This document shows positions 63,401-64,000 of a stretch of 64,000 nucleotides of DNA, one piece after another; positions within the stretch are counted from its first letter, which is position 1, and each line of letters starts with the position of its first letter. A program made the position numbers and the translations under genes. Under the pieces are notes generated by a model. It was given only the letters and a program-made list of their open reading frames with translations. It had not been told where the DNA came from and searched no databases. This DNA comes from Octopus sinensis. Its lineage: Eukaryota. The stretch covers positions 78,678,001-78,742,000 of the forward strand of contig NC_042999.1 of NCBI RefSeq assembly GCF_006345805.1, written 5' to 3'.

Positions 63401-63809
63401 TGCATGCATATTCCCTTCTCTTCGTGTTATGTCAGCCTGCAGTCAAATGGCTCACTTTACACTGACTGATTGGTAATAATCCCCTATTTGCAATTCAGTT
63501 TTTATAATTGAAGTAAAGCTTGTAATAAGACAAGAAGGGATCAGTAGAAAACAATATATGCTGAGAGTGTGAACGATCAGTTCAGGAAAAAATTGCAACA
63601 GGCAGTTTGATAATTTTTACATTTCTCTAATAGATATATCTTTTGTAGAAAGCGTCGTATAGGAGAACAAATTTCATCACGAAGTAACTACATACCGCTA
63701 TGAAGGAACCGTAAATAATTAAAACACTAGAAGTAATATGTTTATAGCCACTAATTTTACATAAATAAGAAAAATCCTATTTCATATTTAAGAGATGAGG
63801 AATTATGTA

Positions 63810-63908
63810 CATTATTTACATTATTTACATTTGACGGATATTTGTCCTATATGAACAGCTAACAAGATGAGGACAATTATCCGTAAAATGTAAATAATGT
63901 AAATAATG
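63810..63908. repeat. Inverted repeat, ~39-bp arms
   Basis: CATTATTTACATTATTTACATTTGACGGATATTTGTCCT ... AGGACAATTATCCGTAAAATGTAAATAATGTAAATAATG. Confidence 0.85.
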
Positions 63909-64000
63909 CAAGAAAATCCCTGTTATTTCTTCCTTTCAAAGGGATGGGAATTTTAAAGATTTAAAAAAATGTCTTGTGCTATTTAGTTACTCCTTTTTAC

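Overview
AT-rich, microsatellite-dense eukaryotic DNA. The tRNA-derived SINE families and (TA)/(TACA)/(AAT) tracts suggest an Octopus genome (inference from recalled repeat families, not a search). I found no host protein-coding gene that I can recognise. Nearly all track ORFs are microsatellite translations or transposon fragments. Mobile elements present: a young 5'-truncated Dong/R4-type retrotransposon with an open ORF inside a (TAA)n tract; Tx1/L1, CR1, RTE and Penelope-like relics; a full-length frameshifted pogo/Tigger element; mariner relics; a Helitron PIF1 fragment; several MITEs/palindromes; and dozens of SINE copies. There is also a 900-bp GC-rich triplet tract and a 100-N gap. The most interesting signals are (1) minimal hammerhead-ribozyme motifs, including an inverted pair with a compensatory stem III change, (2) a CR1 LINE apparently split by an ~8.2-kb inversion, and (3) SINE 3' tails traceable to CR1 and Tx1 ends inside the window. 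I see no clear evidence of a wholly new system; these findings are variants or instances of known classes.
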